NCBI GenBank assembly: GCA_963751705.1
Contig: CAVVVN010000004.1
Span: 149,999 to 213,998 of the forward strand
Direction of reading: 5' to 3'
DNA length: 64,000 nt
From: an uncultured Bacteroidales bacterium
GTDB lineage: Bacteria > Bacteroidota > Bacteroidia > Bacteroidales > GCA-2748055
Part shown: positions 48,148-57,935 of the stretch, one piece after another
Position numbering within the stretch: the first letter of the stretch is position 1
Layout: each line of letters opens with the position of its first letter
Notes under the pieces: model-generated
Database searches by the model: none
Seen by the model: the letters and a program-made list of their open reading frames with translations, nothing else
Told to the model about the DNA's origin: nothing
Made by a program: the position numbers and the translations under genes

Positions 48148-48257
48148 AGCATGTCTTTTGATTTCTATAAATGTATGGAAATCTTGCCCTCAAGTCAAAC
48201 TGGACAATTTGAAGCTCATTTTGTATCTTGTGGCAACTTATCTTCAAAACAAAACTC

Positions 48258-49073
48258 ATGAAAAAGATCTATTTCTTCCTCGTCCTCCTGATAACCCTTG
48301 CTTCCTGTATGCAGAATTCCGGGAATAAAGAGGAGACTCCAGACAAAAAAACTGCGGAATCTCAGGAATGGATCCAGCTCTTTAACGGGAAGAACCTGGA
48401 CGGGTGGATCATTAAAATGACCAAACATCCCCTGGGCGAAAACTATAATAACACCTTCCGGGTGGAGGATGGGATGATGGTAACGCGCTATGACCAGTAT
48501 GAAACATTTGAGGGGGAGTTTGGGCACATCTTTTATAAAAATCCCTACTCCCACTATAAACTTCGCGTGGAATACCGGGTGGTTGGGGAACAGGTCCCCG
48601 GCGGTGCAGGGTGGGCCATTAAAAACAGCGGGGTCATGTTTCATGCCCAGTCGCCCGAATCCATGCTTCTGGACCAGGAGTTCCCGGTAAGTATTGAAGC
48701 CCAGTTCCTCGGTGGACTGGGTGATGGGGAACGGCCCACAGGCAATCTCTGTACCCCCGGCACCAATGTGGTCATCAACGGCGAACTGATTACCCAGCAC
48801 TGTATCAACTCCAGCTCACCAACCTTTGACGGGGAGGAATGGGTTCTGTTCGAACTGGTGGTCTATGGCGACAGCATCATCCACCACCTGGTCAATGGCG
48901 ATACGGTTCTGACTTACCAGAAACCACAGGTGGGTGGTGGCTCCCTTCCGGAGGGCTACCCCTTCCCGGAAGGGACCAATATTCCTTCGGGATATATCGC
49001 TCTGCAGGCCGAAAGTCACCCCTTTGACTTCAGAAAAGTTGAATTGCTGGATTTGTCGCTTGGTATGAAATAA
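48258..49073 (+). CDS. DUF1080 (3-keto-disaccharide hydrolase-like) lipoprotein.
   Basis: Lipobox LITLASCM. EWIQLFNGKNLDGW...FRVEDGMM...FGHIFYK...YIALQAESHPFDFRKVEL matches the DUF1080 pattern as I recall it. Confidence 0.75.
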   Translation: MKKIYFFLVLLITLASCMQNSGNKEETPDKKTAESQEWIQLFNGKNLDGWIIKMTKHPLGENYNNTFRVEDGMMVTRYDQYETFEGEFGHIFYKNPYSHYKLRVEYRVVGEQVPGGAGWAIKNSGVMFHAQSPESMLLDQEFPVSIEAQFLGGLGDGERPTGNLCTPGTNVVINGELITQHCINSSSPTFDGEEWVLFELVVYGDSIIHHLVNGDTVLTYQKPQVGGGSLPEGYPFPEGTNIPSGYIALQAESHPFDFRKVELLDLSLGMK

Positions 49074-49113
49074 AAGATTTCCTATCTTATCGGCTTACTA
49101 AAATCTTCTCGAG

Positions 49114-49353
49114 ATGGAAAAAAATGAGATCCTGACTCGCGTCAAGGACGTTGTAAGTAATGTGCTTAAAGTCGACAGTTCTGAAATCACCGATGCATCC
49201 AATTTTATCTTTGACCTTGGAGCCGACTCCATGCAGAGTATAGAACTGGTGGCCGGATTTGAAGAGGAATTTGATATCGAAATGGACCAGGACAAAGCAC
49301 TTGAAATTCAAACCATTGACGATGCAGCGAATTTCATTGCTGAATACCTTTAA
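49114..49353 (+). CDS. Acyl carrier protein (stand-alone).
   Basis: 79 aa, acidic. Phosphopantetheine attachment motif FDLGADSMQSIELV (DSx). Confidence 0.85.
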   Translation: MEKNEILTRVKDVVSNVLKVDSSEITDASNFIFDLGADSMQSIELVAGFEEEFDIEMDQDKALEIQTIDDAANFIAEYL

Positions 49354-49382
49354 TCCAGAATCCAGAACCCAGCTCAAGCCCT

Positions 49383-51527
49383 ATGAACGATCTTAAGAAA
49401 CTTCGCCAGGAAAACCTGGAAACGATTTTTCATCCAAAATCGGTTGCTATTGTTGGTACCAATAATGTAAAAGGTACCGTACCCCATGACATCCTGGACA
49501 ATATCCTTAAAGCAGACTTTAATGGAATTGTCTATCCTGTAAGCCCCAGAGAAAAAAGCATAAAAGGGATCAAAGCTTATAGATACGTGGTAGATGTCCC
49601 TGATGACGTAGACCTGGCCATCCTGGTATTTCCAAGCTCTGTCTGCCATATGGCCCTGGAGCAATGCGGTCAGAAAGGCATTAAATCTGTGATTATTATT
49701 TCTGCTGGATATAAGGAGGTAGGTGCGGCCGGACTAAAGAGAGAACAGCAATTGATCGAGATTGCCAGAAAATACGATATATCATTTATAGGTCCCAACT
49801 GCCTGGGGGTGATCAATACCTCTCCGGATACAAACCTGAATGCTTCCTTTGCCAGGGAAATGCCTGAAGAGGGAAATATCGGTTTCCTGTCCCAGAGCGG
49901 CGCCCTCTGCACAGCCGTCCTGGATTATGCCAGTGCCAAGCATATTGGATTCTCCAAGTTTATCAGTTTTGGAAACAAAGCGGATATCAGCGAAATCGAC
50001 CTGTTGTACTACCTGATGAATGACGAAGAGACCAGGGTTATCTTAATGTACCTGGAGGAAGTTTCAGATGGTCCTGGTTTGATGAAGGCTGCCCGGGATG
50101 TGATCGCTCAAAGCGGAAAGCCCATATTAATTATCAAATCGGGACGGACGGATGAGGGAGCCTCGGCAGCAGCCTCTCATACCGGATCCCTGACCGGGAA
50201 GGATGAGATTTGCGATGCAGCTTTTGAACAGGCTGGAATTATCCGCTGCGATAACATCGAGGAGATGTTTAACAAAGCCATTGCCTTTGCCTATCAGCCG
50301 CCTCCTGTTTCAGAGAAGGTGGCTATTATTACCAATGCAGGAGGACCAGGCGTTCTAACCACCGACGCCGCTATCTCCGCAGGTCTGAAACTGGCTAAAT
50401 TCTCTGAGGAGACCACGGCCATACTCAAAAAAGCGCTGCCGGCCACCGCTAATATTAATAATCCCGTGGATGTGATTGGTGATGCCCGCTCGGATCGCTA
50501 TCTGGCAGCAATTAATGCAGCCTTCGACGATCCGGATGTGGCCGGGGTGTTTGTGATCCTGACCCCTCAGTCCATGACGGATATTGATGCCATTGCAGCA
50601 GATGTAGCCAGGATTGCTGAAGGAAAGAGCAAGCCCATTTACACCTCCTTTATGGGAGAGAAAGATGTGGCCTCCGGCATTGACCTGCTTCAGCAGGCTA
50701 AGATTCCACACTACATTCTTCCGGAGTCCATGTGTGATTCCTACCAGGCGGTTTACTATTTTAACAAACATGTCAAGCCCAAAGTGCACCAGCTCTCCGT
50801 CCCCGATAATATCCAGAGAGAGCTGGCCAGGCAACTGATGGACAAAGTTCACGCCAATGGCAGAAGCTATATCCCGGAGGTAGAAACCATCGAAGTGCTG
50901 GAAACTTACGGCCTGCCCGTCCCCCGGGGCAAACTTGCCTCCACCGCGGAAGAAGCAGTGAAGGTTGCCGAAGAAATCGGCTACCCGGTAGTCCTCAAAG
51001 TGGTATCGGATGATATCATTCATAAATCTGAGGTGAAGGGGGTTGAGCTGAATCTGGGAAGTGCAAAAGAGGTCAGGGAAGGATGGGACAGGATACACAA
51101 GCATGTGAAACACGCCATGCCCGAGGCCTCCATTTCTGGCCTGTATGTCATCCGCATGATTCACGGAAGTGAAGAGATCATCCTGGGAATTAAACGGGAT
51201 CCCTCCTTTGGCCCTGTCCTGATGTTTGGGCTAGGCGGTATCTTTGTGGAGGTATTTAAGGATGTTAGTTTCGGAGTGGCACCGCTCAGCCGGGAAGAGG
51301 CCCTGTACATGATTGAGCAGACCCGGGCCTTCCAGATTCTGAAAGGAATAAGAGGAAGACCTGCCAGGGACATTGAATCCATTGTGGATGCCCTGCAAAG
51401 ACTTGGGCAGCTGGCCCTGGATTTCCCGGAAATTGAGGAGCTGGATATCAACCCCCTGTTCGTTCTGGACAAGGGAAAGGGCAGTGTTATAGGCGATGCA
51501 CGAATGATACTAACTAAAACAGAATAA
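49383..51527 (+). CDS. ADP-forming (NDP-forming) acetate/acyl-CoA ligase family protein, fused alpha+beta (CoA-binding, CoA-ligase and ATP-grasp domains).
   Basis: KSVAIVGTNN (CoA-binding Rossmann), GPNCLGVIN, FLSQSGAL, the phosphohistidine loop AASHTGSLTG, and a C-terminal ATP-grasp (GYPVVLKVVSDDIIHKSEVKGV). Confidence 0.88.
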   Translation: MNDLKKLRQENLETIFHPKSVAIVGTNNVKGTVPHDILDNILKADFNGIVYPVSPREKSIKGIKAYRYVVDVPDDVDLAILVFPSSVCHMALEQCGQKGIKSVIIISAGYKEVGAAGLKREQQLIEIARKYDISFIGPNCLGVINTSPDTNLNASFAREMPEEGNIGFLSQSGALCTAVLDYASAKHIGFSKFISFGNKADISEIDLLYYLMNDEETRVILMYLEEVSDGPGLMKAARDVIAQSGKPILIIKSGRTDEGASAAASHTGSLTGKDEICDAAFEQAGIIRCDNIEEMFNKAIAFAYQPPPVSEKVAIITNAGGPGVLTTDAAISAGLKLAKFSEETTAILKKALPATANINNPVDVIGDARSDRYLAAINAAFDDPDVAGVFVILTPQSMTDIDAIAADVARIAEGKSKPIYTSFMGEKDVASGIDLLQQAKIPHYILPESMCDSYQAVYYFNKHVKPKVHQLSVPDNIQRELARQLMDKVHANGRSYIPEVETIEVLETYGLPVPRGKLASTAEEAVKVAEEIGYPVVLKVVSDDIIHKSEVKGVELNLGSAKEVREGWDRIHKHVKHAMPEASISGLYVIRMIHGSEEIILGIKRDPSFGPVLMFGLGGIFVEVFKDVSFGVAPLSREEALYMIEQTRAFQILKGIRGRPARDIESIVDALQRLGQLALDFPEIEELDINPLFVLDKGKGSVIGDARMILTKTE

Positions 51528-51548
51528 CCAATTTAAAACTAACTAACT

Positions 51549-52367
51549 ATGCGAATTGTAATTAAAGACACCAAGAAAGAAACAGGGAAATGGACGGCCG
51601 ATTATATATGGAATAAAATCCAGGCCTTCGGTCCAACCGCTGAAAGGCCATTTGTGCTGGGACTTCCAACCGGATCCTCTCCTATGCCAGTGTATAAAGA
51701 GTGGATCAGAATGTATAAAGCAGGAGAGATCTCCTTCAAAAACGTGGTAACCTTCAATATGGATGAGTATGTGAACATCCCCGAAGATCACCCGGAGAGC
51801 TATCACTCATTTATGTATGAAAATTTATTCAACCACATCGATATTCCAAAGGAGAATATCAATATCCTGAACGGAAATGCGCCGGATCTGGAAAAAGTAT
51901 GCAAAGACTACGAAGCGAAAATCCTGAAATACGGAGGTATTGAATTGTTTCTCGGAGGCATCGGACCGGATGGACATATTGCGTTCAATGAGCCAGGTTC
52001 ATCGCTGGTAAGCCGGACCAGGGTTAAAACACTCAGTTACGATACCATCCTGGCGAACTCCAGGTTTTTTGACAACGACATGTCAAGGGTGCCTACCCAG
52101 GCGCTGACTGTGGGTGTAGGTACGGTAATGGATGCCAAGGAAGTGGTGATTATTATCACCGGATTCAATAAGGCCCGTGCGGTACGTGAGGTGATTGAAG
52201 GTGGGGTTAGCCATATGTGGACCGTCTCCATGCTGCAACTCCATGAGCATGCCGTACTGGCACTGGACGAACCAGCCACCATGGAGCTGCAGGTCGAATC
52301 CGTAAAATACTTCAAGGATATTGAAGAGATTGCAGGTGATAAAATGCCAAAGCATTTCGAAGAATGA
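51549..52367 (+). CDS. nagB: Glucosamine-6-phosphate deaminase.
   Basis: [34 protein letters not shown] and the [10 protein letters not shown] motifs. Confidence 0.95.
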   Translation: MRIVIKDTKKETGKWTADYIWNKIQAFGPTAERPFVLGLPTGSSPMPVYKEWIRMYKAGEISFKNVVTFNMDEYVNIPEDHPESYHSFMYENLFNHIDIPKENINILNGNAPDLEKVCKDYEAKILKYGGIELFLGGIGPDGHIAFNEPGSSLVSRTRVKTLSYDTILANSRFFDNDMSRVPTQALTVGVGTVMDAKEVVIIITGFNKARAVREVIEGGVSHMWTVSMLQLHEHAVLALDEPATMELQVESVKYFKDIEEIAGDKMPKHFEE

Positions 52368-54346
52368 ACTATCGTCCCTTAAACAATTCAGAAATAACAG
52401 CCCTTCAGAACCAGGGCTGTTTTTCTTCCGATTGGTCAAAAGTTGAGGTTACTGACCCCTTCTCCATTGCTTCCATTTACCAGGTCCGCTTTATTGGAGC
52501 TGTCAAACTTGGAAAACTGGGAGGCCCCATCAAAACCGGTACGGAAGAGGATCTTAGCTCGGGACTCTACAACTGTAAAATCGAAAATTGTGAGATAGGA
52601 AACGATGTCCTGATTGACAATGTGCAGCTGGTGAAAAACTACCGGATCATGGACCGCGTAATCATTGAGCATACCCACTCCATAGCCGTAAATGGTCCTT
52701 CTTCCTTCGGAAACGGATTTCAGATCGAGGTACTGAATGAAGGCGGTGGAAGGGAGTTGAAAATATTCGACAAGCTTTCCTCCCAGCTGGCCTATATTCT
52801 CGTAAGCTACAGGCACGATGCTAAACTTATTGGATCGATCAACGGCTTAATTGATAAGTATGCGGCTGCTTGTAGTTCGGAGACCGGAACCATTGGTACC
52901 GGTACCAGGATCAGTAATGCCGGAACCATTTCCGGGGTGCAAATTGGAGAATATGCTTCTATCAGTGGTCCTGCACTATTAAAGAACGGGACCATCTCTT
53001 CCAAAAAGGAGGCCCCAGCCATTGTTGGTGAGAATGTGATTGCCAGGAACTTTATCCTTCAATCCGGCTCCAAAATGGATGGCGGAGCTTTGGTGGACAA
53101 GAGTTTTGTGGGACAGGGAGTGGAGATAGGAAAGCAATTTTCAGCTGAGAACTCAGTCTTCTTTGCAAACTCTGAGGCATTTCACGGGGAGGCTGTCAGT
53201 GTCTTTGCGGGACCCTATACGGTCACCCACCACAAATCCTCCCTGCTGATTGCCGGGATGTACTCCTTTTTCAATACAGGCAGTGGAACCAATCAGAGCA
53301 ACCATATGTACAAACTTGGGCCCGTGCACCAGGGCATCCTGGAGCGTGGATCCAAAACCGGGTCCTTTGCCTACCTGCTTTGGCCCAGTCGCATTGGTGC
53401 CTACTCTGTGGTAATGGGTAAGAATCCGGCCAGTTTTGATGCCAGCGATTTCCCCTTCTCCTACATCAACGTGGATAATGAAAGGAGCATCCTCACCCCG
53501 GGGATGAATCTGTTTACCGTGGGAACCAGGCGGGATAGTGAAAAATGGCCCAAACGGGATAAGCGCAAGGATCCGGTAAAACATGACCTGATCAATTTCG
53601 ACTTACTCAGTCCCTATATCATGGAAAGAGTCCTGAGAGCACTGGATATCCTCACGGAACTGTATGAGAAAGCTTCCCAGAAGCAGGAAACTGTATTTTA
53701 TAAGGGGATCCGGATCAAAAGGTTGATGCTGAAGTCTACCCGGAAATTCTATGAGACGGCGGTGCATATCTTCCTGGGTAACCAGGTGATAAAAAGGCTG
53801 GCTCTGATCCAGGGAGCTCCTACCCTGGAATCCATTCAGAAGGTATTGGCGCCCGGGCCGGGGAAACTCCCGGAAAAATGGCTGGACCTCTCGGGAATGT
53901 TTGCATCCGAGCAGTCTGTTCAGCAGCTGTTTGATAAGATCAAATCCGGCTCAATCAAAAGCCTGGAGGAAATCGCATCCGGACTGGAACAGATACACGC
54001 TGCCTATGAGGGGGAGGTGTGGAACTGGACTACCCGGGTCCTGGCTGAGCGTTTTGAGGTGGATGTGGAGCATATCAACACAGATCAACTGCTGGAACTG
54101 GTAAACAAGTGGGAGAGCGAAACCATGAAGCTGGATAAAATGATCCTCAGCGATGCAGGTAAAGAATTTGACGACAGCAGCAAAATCGGATTTGGAATAG
54201 ACGGAGATGAGGAAGTTCGGAACCAGGATTTCGAAGGGGTCAGGGGAGTCCTTGAAGAGAACAAATTTATTGTGGGGATCAAGGAGGAAATGAAAAAGAT
54301 CGAACAGAAAGCTGCAGAACTCAGAAAGCTTATTAACAACCTGTAG
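52364..54346 (+). CDS. DUF4954-like protein (left-handed beta-helix/hexapeptide-like core with an alpha-helical C-terminus). Function unknown.
   Basis: 660 aa. The N-terminus [20 protein letters not shown] and the repeated I/V-G-x-x segments match what I recall of Bacteroidota DUF4954. The ATGA overlaps the nagB stop. Confidence 0.6.
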   Translation: MNYRPLNNSEITALQNQGCFSSDWSKVEVTDPFSIASIYQVRFIGAVKLGKLGGPIKTGTEEDLSSGLYNCKIENCEIGNDVLIDNVQLVKNYRIMDRVIIEHTHSIAVNGPSSFGNGFQIEVLNEGGGRELKIFDKLSSQLAYILVSYRHDAKLIGSINGLIDKYAAACSSETGTIGTGTRISNAGTISGVQIGEYASISGPALLKNGTISSKKEAPAIVGENVIARNFILQSGSKMDGGALVDKSFVGQGVEIGKQFSAENSVFFANSEAFHGEAVSVFAGPYTVTHHKSSLLIAGMYSFFNTGSGTNQSNHMYKLGPVHQGILERGSKTGSFAYLLWPSRIGAYSVVMGKNPASFDASDFPFSYINVDNERSILTPGMNLFTVGTRRDSEKWPKRDKRKDPVKHDLINFDLLSPYIMERVLRALDILTELYEKASQKQETVFYKGIRIKRLMLKSTRKFYETAVHIFLGNQVIKRLALIQGAPTLESIQKVLAPGPGKLPEKWLDLSGMFASEQSVQQLFDKIKSGSIKSLEEIASGLEQIHAAYEGEVWNWTTRVLAERFEVDVEHINTDQLLELVNKWESETMKLDKMILSDAGKEFDDSSKIGFGIDGDEEVRNQDFEGVRGVLEENKFIVGIKEEMKKIEQKAAELRKLINNL

Positions 54347-54376
54347 GCTGGTCTACTTCATCTCCTGCATGGAATG

Positions 54377-56815
54377 CTATCTTTTCCGTGTGGTACTTGT
54401 GGATCGCCCGGATCCTGAACTGGAGGACGAATCCGAGCGTTTAGAAGGTGTGACCGAGGCAGGCCTGGGTCTGCTCTGCTGGTACTTGGGTTTGCTCTGC
54501 TGGTATTGTTGGGACCTGGCTGCTCCCTTGCTCCTGGAGTCGTAATCCCTGTTCAGGGTTCCGGAACCTGACGATCCTGGCCTGGTGTAAGTGTTGGAGG
54601 AACGGTTCGAGGGCGCAGGCTGCTGTCTGACCGCAGGCTGCTGCCGGGTGGAAGGCTGCTGTCTGACCGCAGGCTGCTGCCGGGTGGAAGGTTGCTGCCT
54701 GACCACTGGCTGCTGCCGGGTGGAAGGTTCTTGCCTGACCGCTGGCTGCTGAGCTGGGGTCGGCCTGTTCTCCCTGGTGGAAGCTTGCCGGGTTGTGGAG
54801 GGCCTGTTATCAAGCTGAGGTGCCACACGGTTATTATTCACTCTGTTCCAGTCGTTCCCGTCCCTTCGGTAAACATTGCCCTGTCTGTCTGTATAAACAT
54901 TATTCGGGGCACTGGCTGGCCTGGCCGTTGGTTTTGCCGGGCGATCAGTCGAAGCTACTCTGTATCCAGTGCGTGCGTCATAGTGATGGTTCCCGGTACT
55001 TCTAATCCCCTGCGCACGGTTGTTATAAACATTGTTGGTGGGTCTCGGTCTGTAGGCATACGGAGCGGGTTGCCTGTAAGAGGAACGCCTGCCTGCATGG
55101 TATCCGTCCCGATACCCCGTAGAGTAAGAATGCCGGTATCCATAATGGTATCCATACCTGTATCCGCTGGGTCCCCACCAGCCTCTGTAAGGCGATCCCC
55201 ATCCATAGGTCATCCAGCCATAGGAATATCCAAAGGAAAATCCCCAGCCCGTGTATGGATTCCAATGAGCCCTGTATCCGTAGGTAACCGGTCTGGGGTA
55301 GTAATGCACTCCGTACCAGGGCCTGTAATAATACCCAGTTCCGTAATAGACACATCCCCGATATGCATAGGATTGAAGATAACCCGGGGTGTACCCCACA
55401 TATACCACCTCAGGCGTGGTTTCATAAATGTAAACATATTTCACATTGTATACGGGTGATTCAGGTGGAATTTGCTGAACACCCGGAGGTACCTCCGTAC
55501 TAACTATCCACGGTCCGTTTGGTGAATTTGCTTCAAACCAGATGGCATTGTCACAGCAATAATAGTGGTTATTAATCTGAAGTACCGACTTATCGGTATT
55601 GACTGCATAAGTCATATCCGTATTTCCGACCTTCTCAAATCTGGCATTCCCATCATAGCTCACCTCCAGTCTGGCCTCGCGGCGATCCACCGCTGCAGTC
55701 TGGGGAATCTGGTTTTCCAGCAGGGCCTCTTTGGCTTCCTGGGTTCCCGCGATGCTTGAACGTACCGAAGCCATATCTGAATCGGCCGGAATGCTGGAGA
55801 ATCCTTCCGGAATGTTCTCTGGATCCACAAAAGACCAGGGGCCCCCACTAAGGGACTTTGAACGGTACCATCTGCCAGCAACCAGGACGTAATATTCCTG
55901 GGTCTCAATATTCATCAGAATATCATCGGCTGTATTGGACATAAAAAGAAGGGAGGTCCCCTCGATAGATTCAAACTCGGGCTCCCCATCAGACTGTAAA
56001 AGTTCTGCCGGAGTGGTCCTGATGATAATCACCGGAGTCACATCTTCGTTATATAAAACACTTTCATCTTCGGCGGAAGCAGCATATGCCTCCTCCTCTT
56101 CCATAGCCTCTTCGGCAATTTTTTTCAATTTCTTTGGAACCTGGTCAGTTACTTCCCATCGATCGAAATTATCAGAAACATACCAGTGCTTCCCCCCGTT
56201 GATATAGTACTTTCCTTTCTTTGTGTCTCCCACAATAAAATAGGGTGTATTCACCACCCGCTCATAGGAGGTTTTTTCGATCTGCTCAAACCTGGGATCT
56301 CCGTCCACCATGATCAACATGGCAGGAGCGGTGGAATAAATTATCTCCGGTGCCGTATTGTTCAGCCCTTCTGACAATTCCATGTGCACTTCTTCCAAAT
56401 CAAGATCTGCCAGCAATTGATCCAGCGAAAGCTCCATCTCCCACCGGGGGACCTCCTCCTTCAGTAATTCGCTCATTTTTTCAATGTTTTCGGCTTCAAG
56501 ATCTGGAAATTTAGCTGCGGTAACCTCCATGTTCAAGAGTTTGACAGTACGATCATCCTTATCCGTAGAGATGTTACAATCGAACCACATGGCCCCAAAA
56601 ACAGGTGCCGGATTCTCCTTGGTGGTCACTGAAACAGCAGCCCTGGATTCCATGGCGTTGGCTGAAAGCGACTCAATCTGCGGTTGATAGATCGTGATGC
56701 TGGTTCCGTCTCTTTCGATTATTTTTGGCCAGTTATTGGTCCCCTCTGCCTTTACCTGGGTAAAGACAAGAACAAAAACAGATAAGATAATTCCAAAACG
56801 ATTCAAATGCCCCAT
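54377..56815 (-). CDS. Secreted 812-aa protein of unknown function with a C-terminal aromatic/Gly-rich block, Q/P/R tandem repeats and a Ser-rich basic tail.
   Basis: Signal peptide MGHLNRFGIILSVFVLVFTQVKAEG, then a ~480-aa globular part. Next comes YGYRAHWNPYTGWGFSFGYSYGWMTYGWGSPYRGWWGPSGYRYGYHYGYRHSYSTGYRDGY, then (QPSTRQQPAVRQ)n, then ...SSSSSGSGRSTSTTRKR. Confidence 0.6.
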   Translation of the reverse strand: MGHLNRFGIILSVFVLVFTQVKAEGTNNWPKIIERDGTSITIYQPQIESLSANAMESRAAVSVTTKENPAPVFGAMWFDCNISTDKDDRTVKLLNMEVTAAKFPDLEAENIEKMSELLKEEVPRWEMELSLDQLLADLDLEEVHMELSEGLNNTAPEIIYSTAPAMLIMVDGDPRFEQIEKTSYERVVNTPYFIVGDTKKGKYYINGGKHWYVSDNFDRWEVTDQVPKKLKKIAEEAMEEEEAYAASAEDESVLYNEDVTPVIIIRTTPAELLQSDGEPEFESIEGTSLLFMSNTADDILMNIETQEYYVLVAGRWYRSKSLSGGPWSFVDPENIPEGFSSIPADSDMASVRSSIAGTQEAKEALLENQIPQTAAVDRREARLEVSYDGNARFEKVGNTDMTYAVNTDKSVLQINNHYYCCDNAIWFEANSPNGPWIVSTEVPPGVQQIPPESPVYNVKYVYIYETTPEVVYVGYTPGYLQSYAYRGCVYYGTGYYYRPWYGVHYYPRPVTYGYRAHWNPYTGWGFSFGYSYGWMTYGWGSPYRGWWGPSGYRYGYHYGYRHSYSTGYRDGYHAGRRSSYRQPAPYAYRPRPTNNVYNNRAQGIRSTGNHHYDARTGYRVASTDRPAKPTARPASAPNNVYTDRQGNVYRRDGNDWNRVNNNRVAPQLDNRPSTTRQASTRENRPTPAQQPAVRQEPSTRQQPVVRQQPSTRQQPAVRQQPSTRQQPAVRQQPAPSNRSSNTYTRPGSSGSGTLNRDYDSRSKGAARSQQYQQSKPKYQQSRPRPASVTPSKRSDSSSSSGSGRSTSTTRKR
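54618..54761 (-). repeat. In-frame 36-bp tandem repeat (about 4 units: two identical, one with 4 mismatches, one degenerate) inside the 812-aa gene.
   Basis: The unit is ggctgctgtctgaccgcaggctgctgccgggtggaa. Copies at 54618-54653 and 54654-54689 are identical. The 54690-54725 copy differs at 4 positions. The 54726-54761 copy is degenerate. The unit encodes QPSTRQQPAVRQ. Confidence 0.9.
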
Positions 56816-56917
56816 AGCAGTGCTTTATTTGTTACAGGCAAGTTATATAAATTATTTGTGGCTGTTATGCTAATTGGCTTATATTGAGTTTCTGTTGGAG
56901 CATCCCAGGGTAATAAT

Positions 56918-57811
56918 CTATTCAATGGTAAGCTCACAGGAGGCACTGATCCAGGCTTCGCTCCCTTTGTCCCAGATACGAACCGTACAGTGAATCGGAT
57001 TGGCTATCTGCGAACCTGTAAGTATAAAATTGGGAGCTACCTGAGCATGGACATCTTCATAGCTCATACGGGTTTCTCCAAACAGATCGCTTTCGTCCAG
57101 GATTACATTCCCCTCTGCATCCTTTACCTCCAGGCTCAGGCCCAGGGCCACCTGCCCGTTGGACAACGCAAAACCTTCCAGGCCTTCAAACAGCAGATAA
57201 ATATTTTCATCAAATCCTGCCATCCCATTGGTTATGGTAAGGTCTCTCTGCTGTGAAAAAAGGTAGATCTCCTGGAAGCCAAGCTGCTTGCTTTCCACCT
57301 TGATTTTTTCGTCCCGGACTACGGTAAATTCAAGGGTTGAGTTAAGGGTCCCGTCCCCTCTTTTATCGGCAATGTTCACATAAAGTGTGTAGGTCCCTGT
57401 GCTATGCATGGGATCCGCCACGGTTACTTCCGTATAGAGCTTCAGGGGAGACAAATCAATCCCCTCCTTATAAGCTGCATAAAGGTCTGTAAGATACATG
57501 GCGGTATCTCCCTGTTCGCCAACTACGAGCAGCTGCATATCCGGAAAAACGCTCTCCCCTTCTTGCTTAAACCCTTCCATGCCGTCGAAGTTCACGTTGA
57601 AGGTTTCCCCATAAATAAAGGCGTTCCGTTTGATGATTTCCTCCCCCACTGACAGATAAACCTTATCACAGGAGAGCCCATTGCCCCGGGTGGTCAATCC
57701 GGTTTGCAGATCCTTTTCCACAGACTGGGCAAAATTGCAGGAATAGAAAGTCAATAGCAGAGAAATAAGCACAAGATCTCTGAAAGTCACATGCTTTGCA
57801 TTTAGTTTCAT
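56918..57811 (-). CDS. Lipoprotein of unknown function with two related ~125-aa domains.
   Basis: Lipobox LLTFYSCN. The repeated motifs are FNVNFDGMEGF...DLY...ADPMHSTGTYTLYVNIADKRGDGTL...EFTV and IYLLFEGLEGF...DLF...ANPIHCTVRIWDKGSEAWI...ELTI. Confidence 0.5.
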   Translation of the reverse strand: MKLNAKHVTFRDLVLISLLLTFYSCNFAQSVEKDLQTGLTTRGNGLSCDKVYLSVGEEIIKRNAFIYGETFNVNFDGMEGFKQEGESVFPDMQLLVVGEQGDTAMYLTDLYAAYKEGIDLSPLKLYTEVTVADPMHSTGTYTLYVNIADKRGDGTLNSTLEFTVVRDEKIKVESKQLGFQEIYLFSQQRDLTITNGMAGFDENIYLLFEGLEGFALSNGQVALGLSLEVKDAEGNVILDESDLFGETRMSYEDVHAQVAPNFILTGSQIANPIHCTVRIWDKGSEAWISASCELTIE

Positions 57812-57935
57812 TTTCAGGTCCCCGTTTTTATTTAGACAAGTTAAGGCTTTTGCATGAATTGTTTTTCTTTTATTTCTGTCGTAGCTTTAATGGACCAAAA
57901 AAAACTATGCTACGAGATACTTTAATCCTGCACCC

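Noticed and set aside
50355-51164. A 269-aa ORF antisense to the ADP-forming acyl-CoA synthetase. Similar cases are 43899-44615, 54692-55459, 59483-60079, 8192-8782, 46660-47253, 48216-48800 and 63265-63840.
   Set aside because: For the four pairs I checked, including 50355, 43899 and 54692, the ORF lies in the codon-aligned antisense frame of a confidently assigned gene. All are explained by avoidance of TTA/CTA/TCA codons, and none has a ribosome-binding context or a recognisable domain.
54618-54761. 36-bp direct repeats considered as a possible CRISPR-like array.
   Set aside because: The units are contiguous with no spacers, are in frame within a long ORF, and encode a QPSTRQQPAVRQ peptide repeat. 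No cas genes are present.
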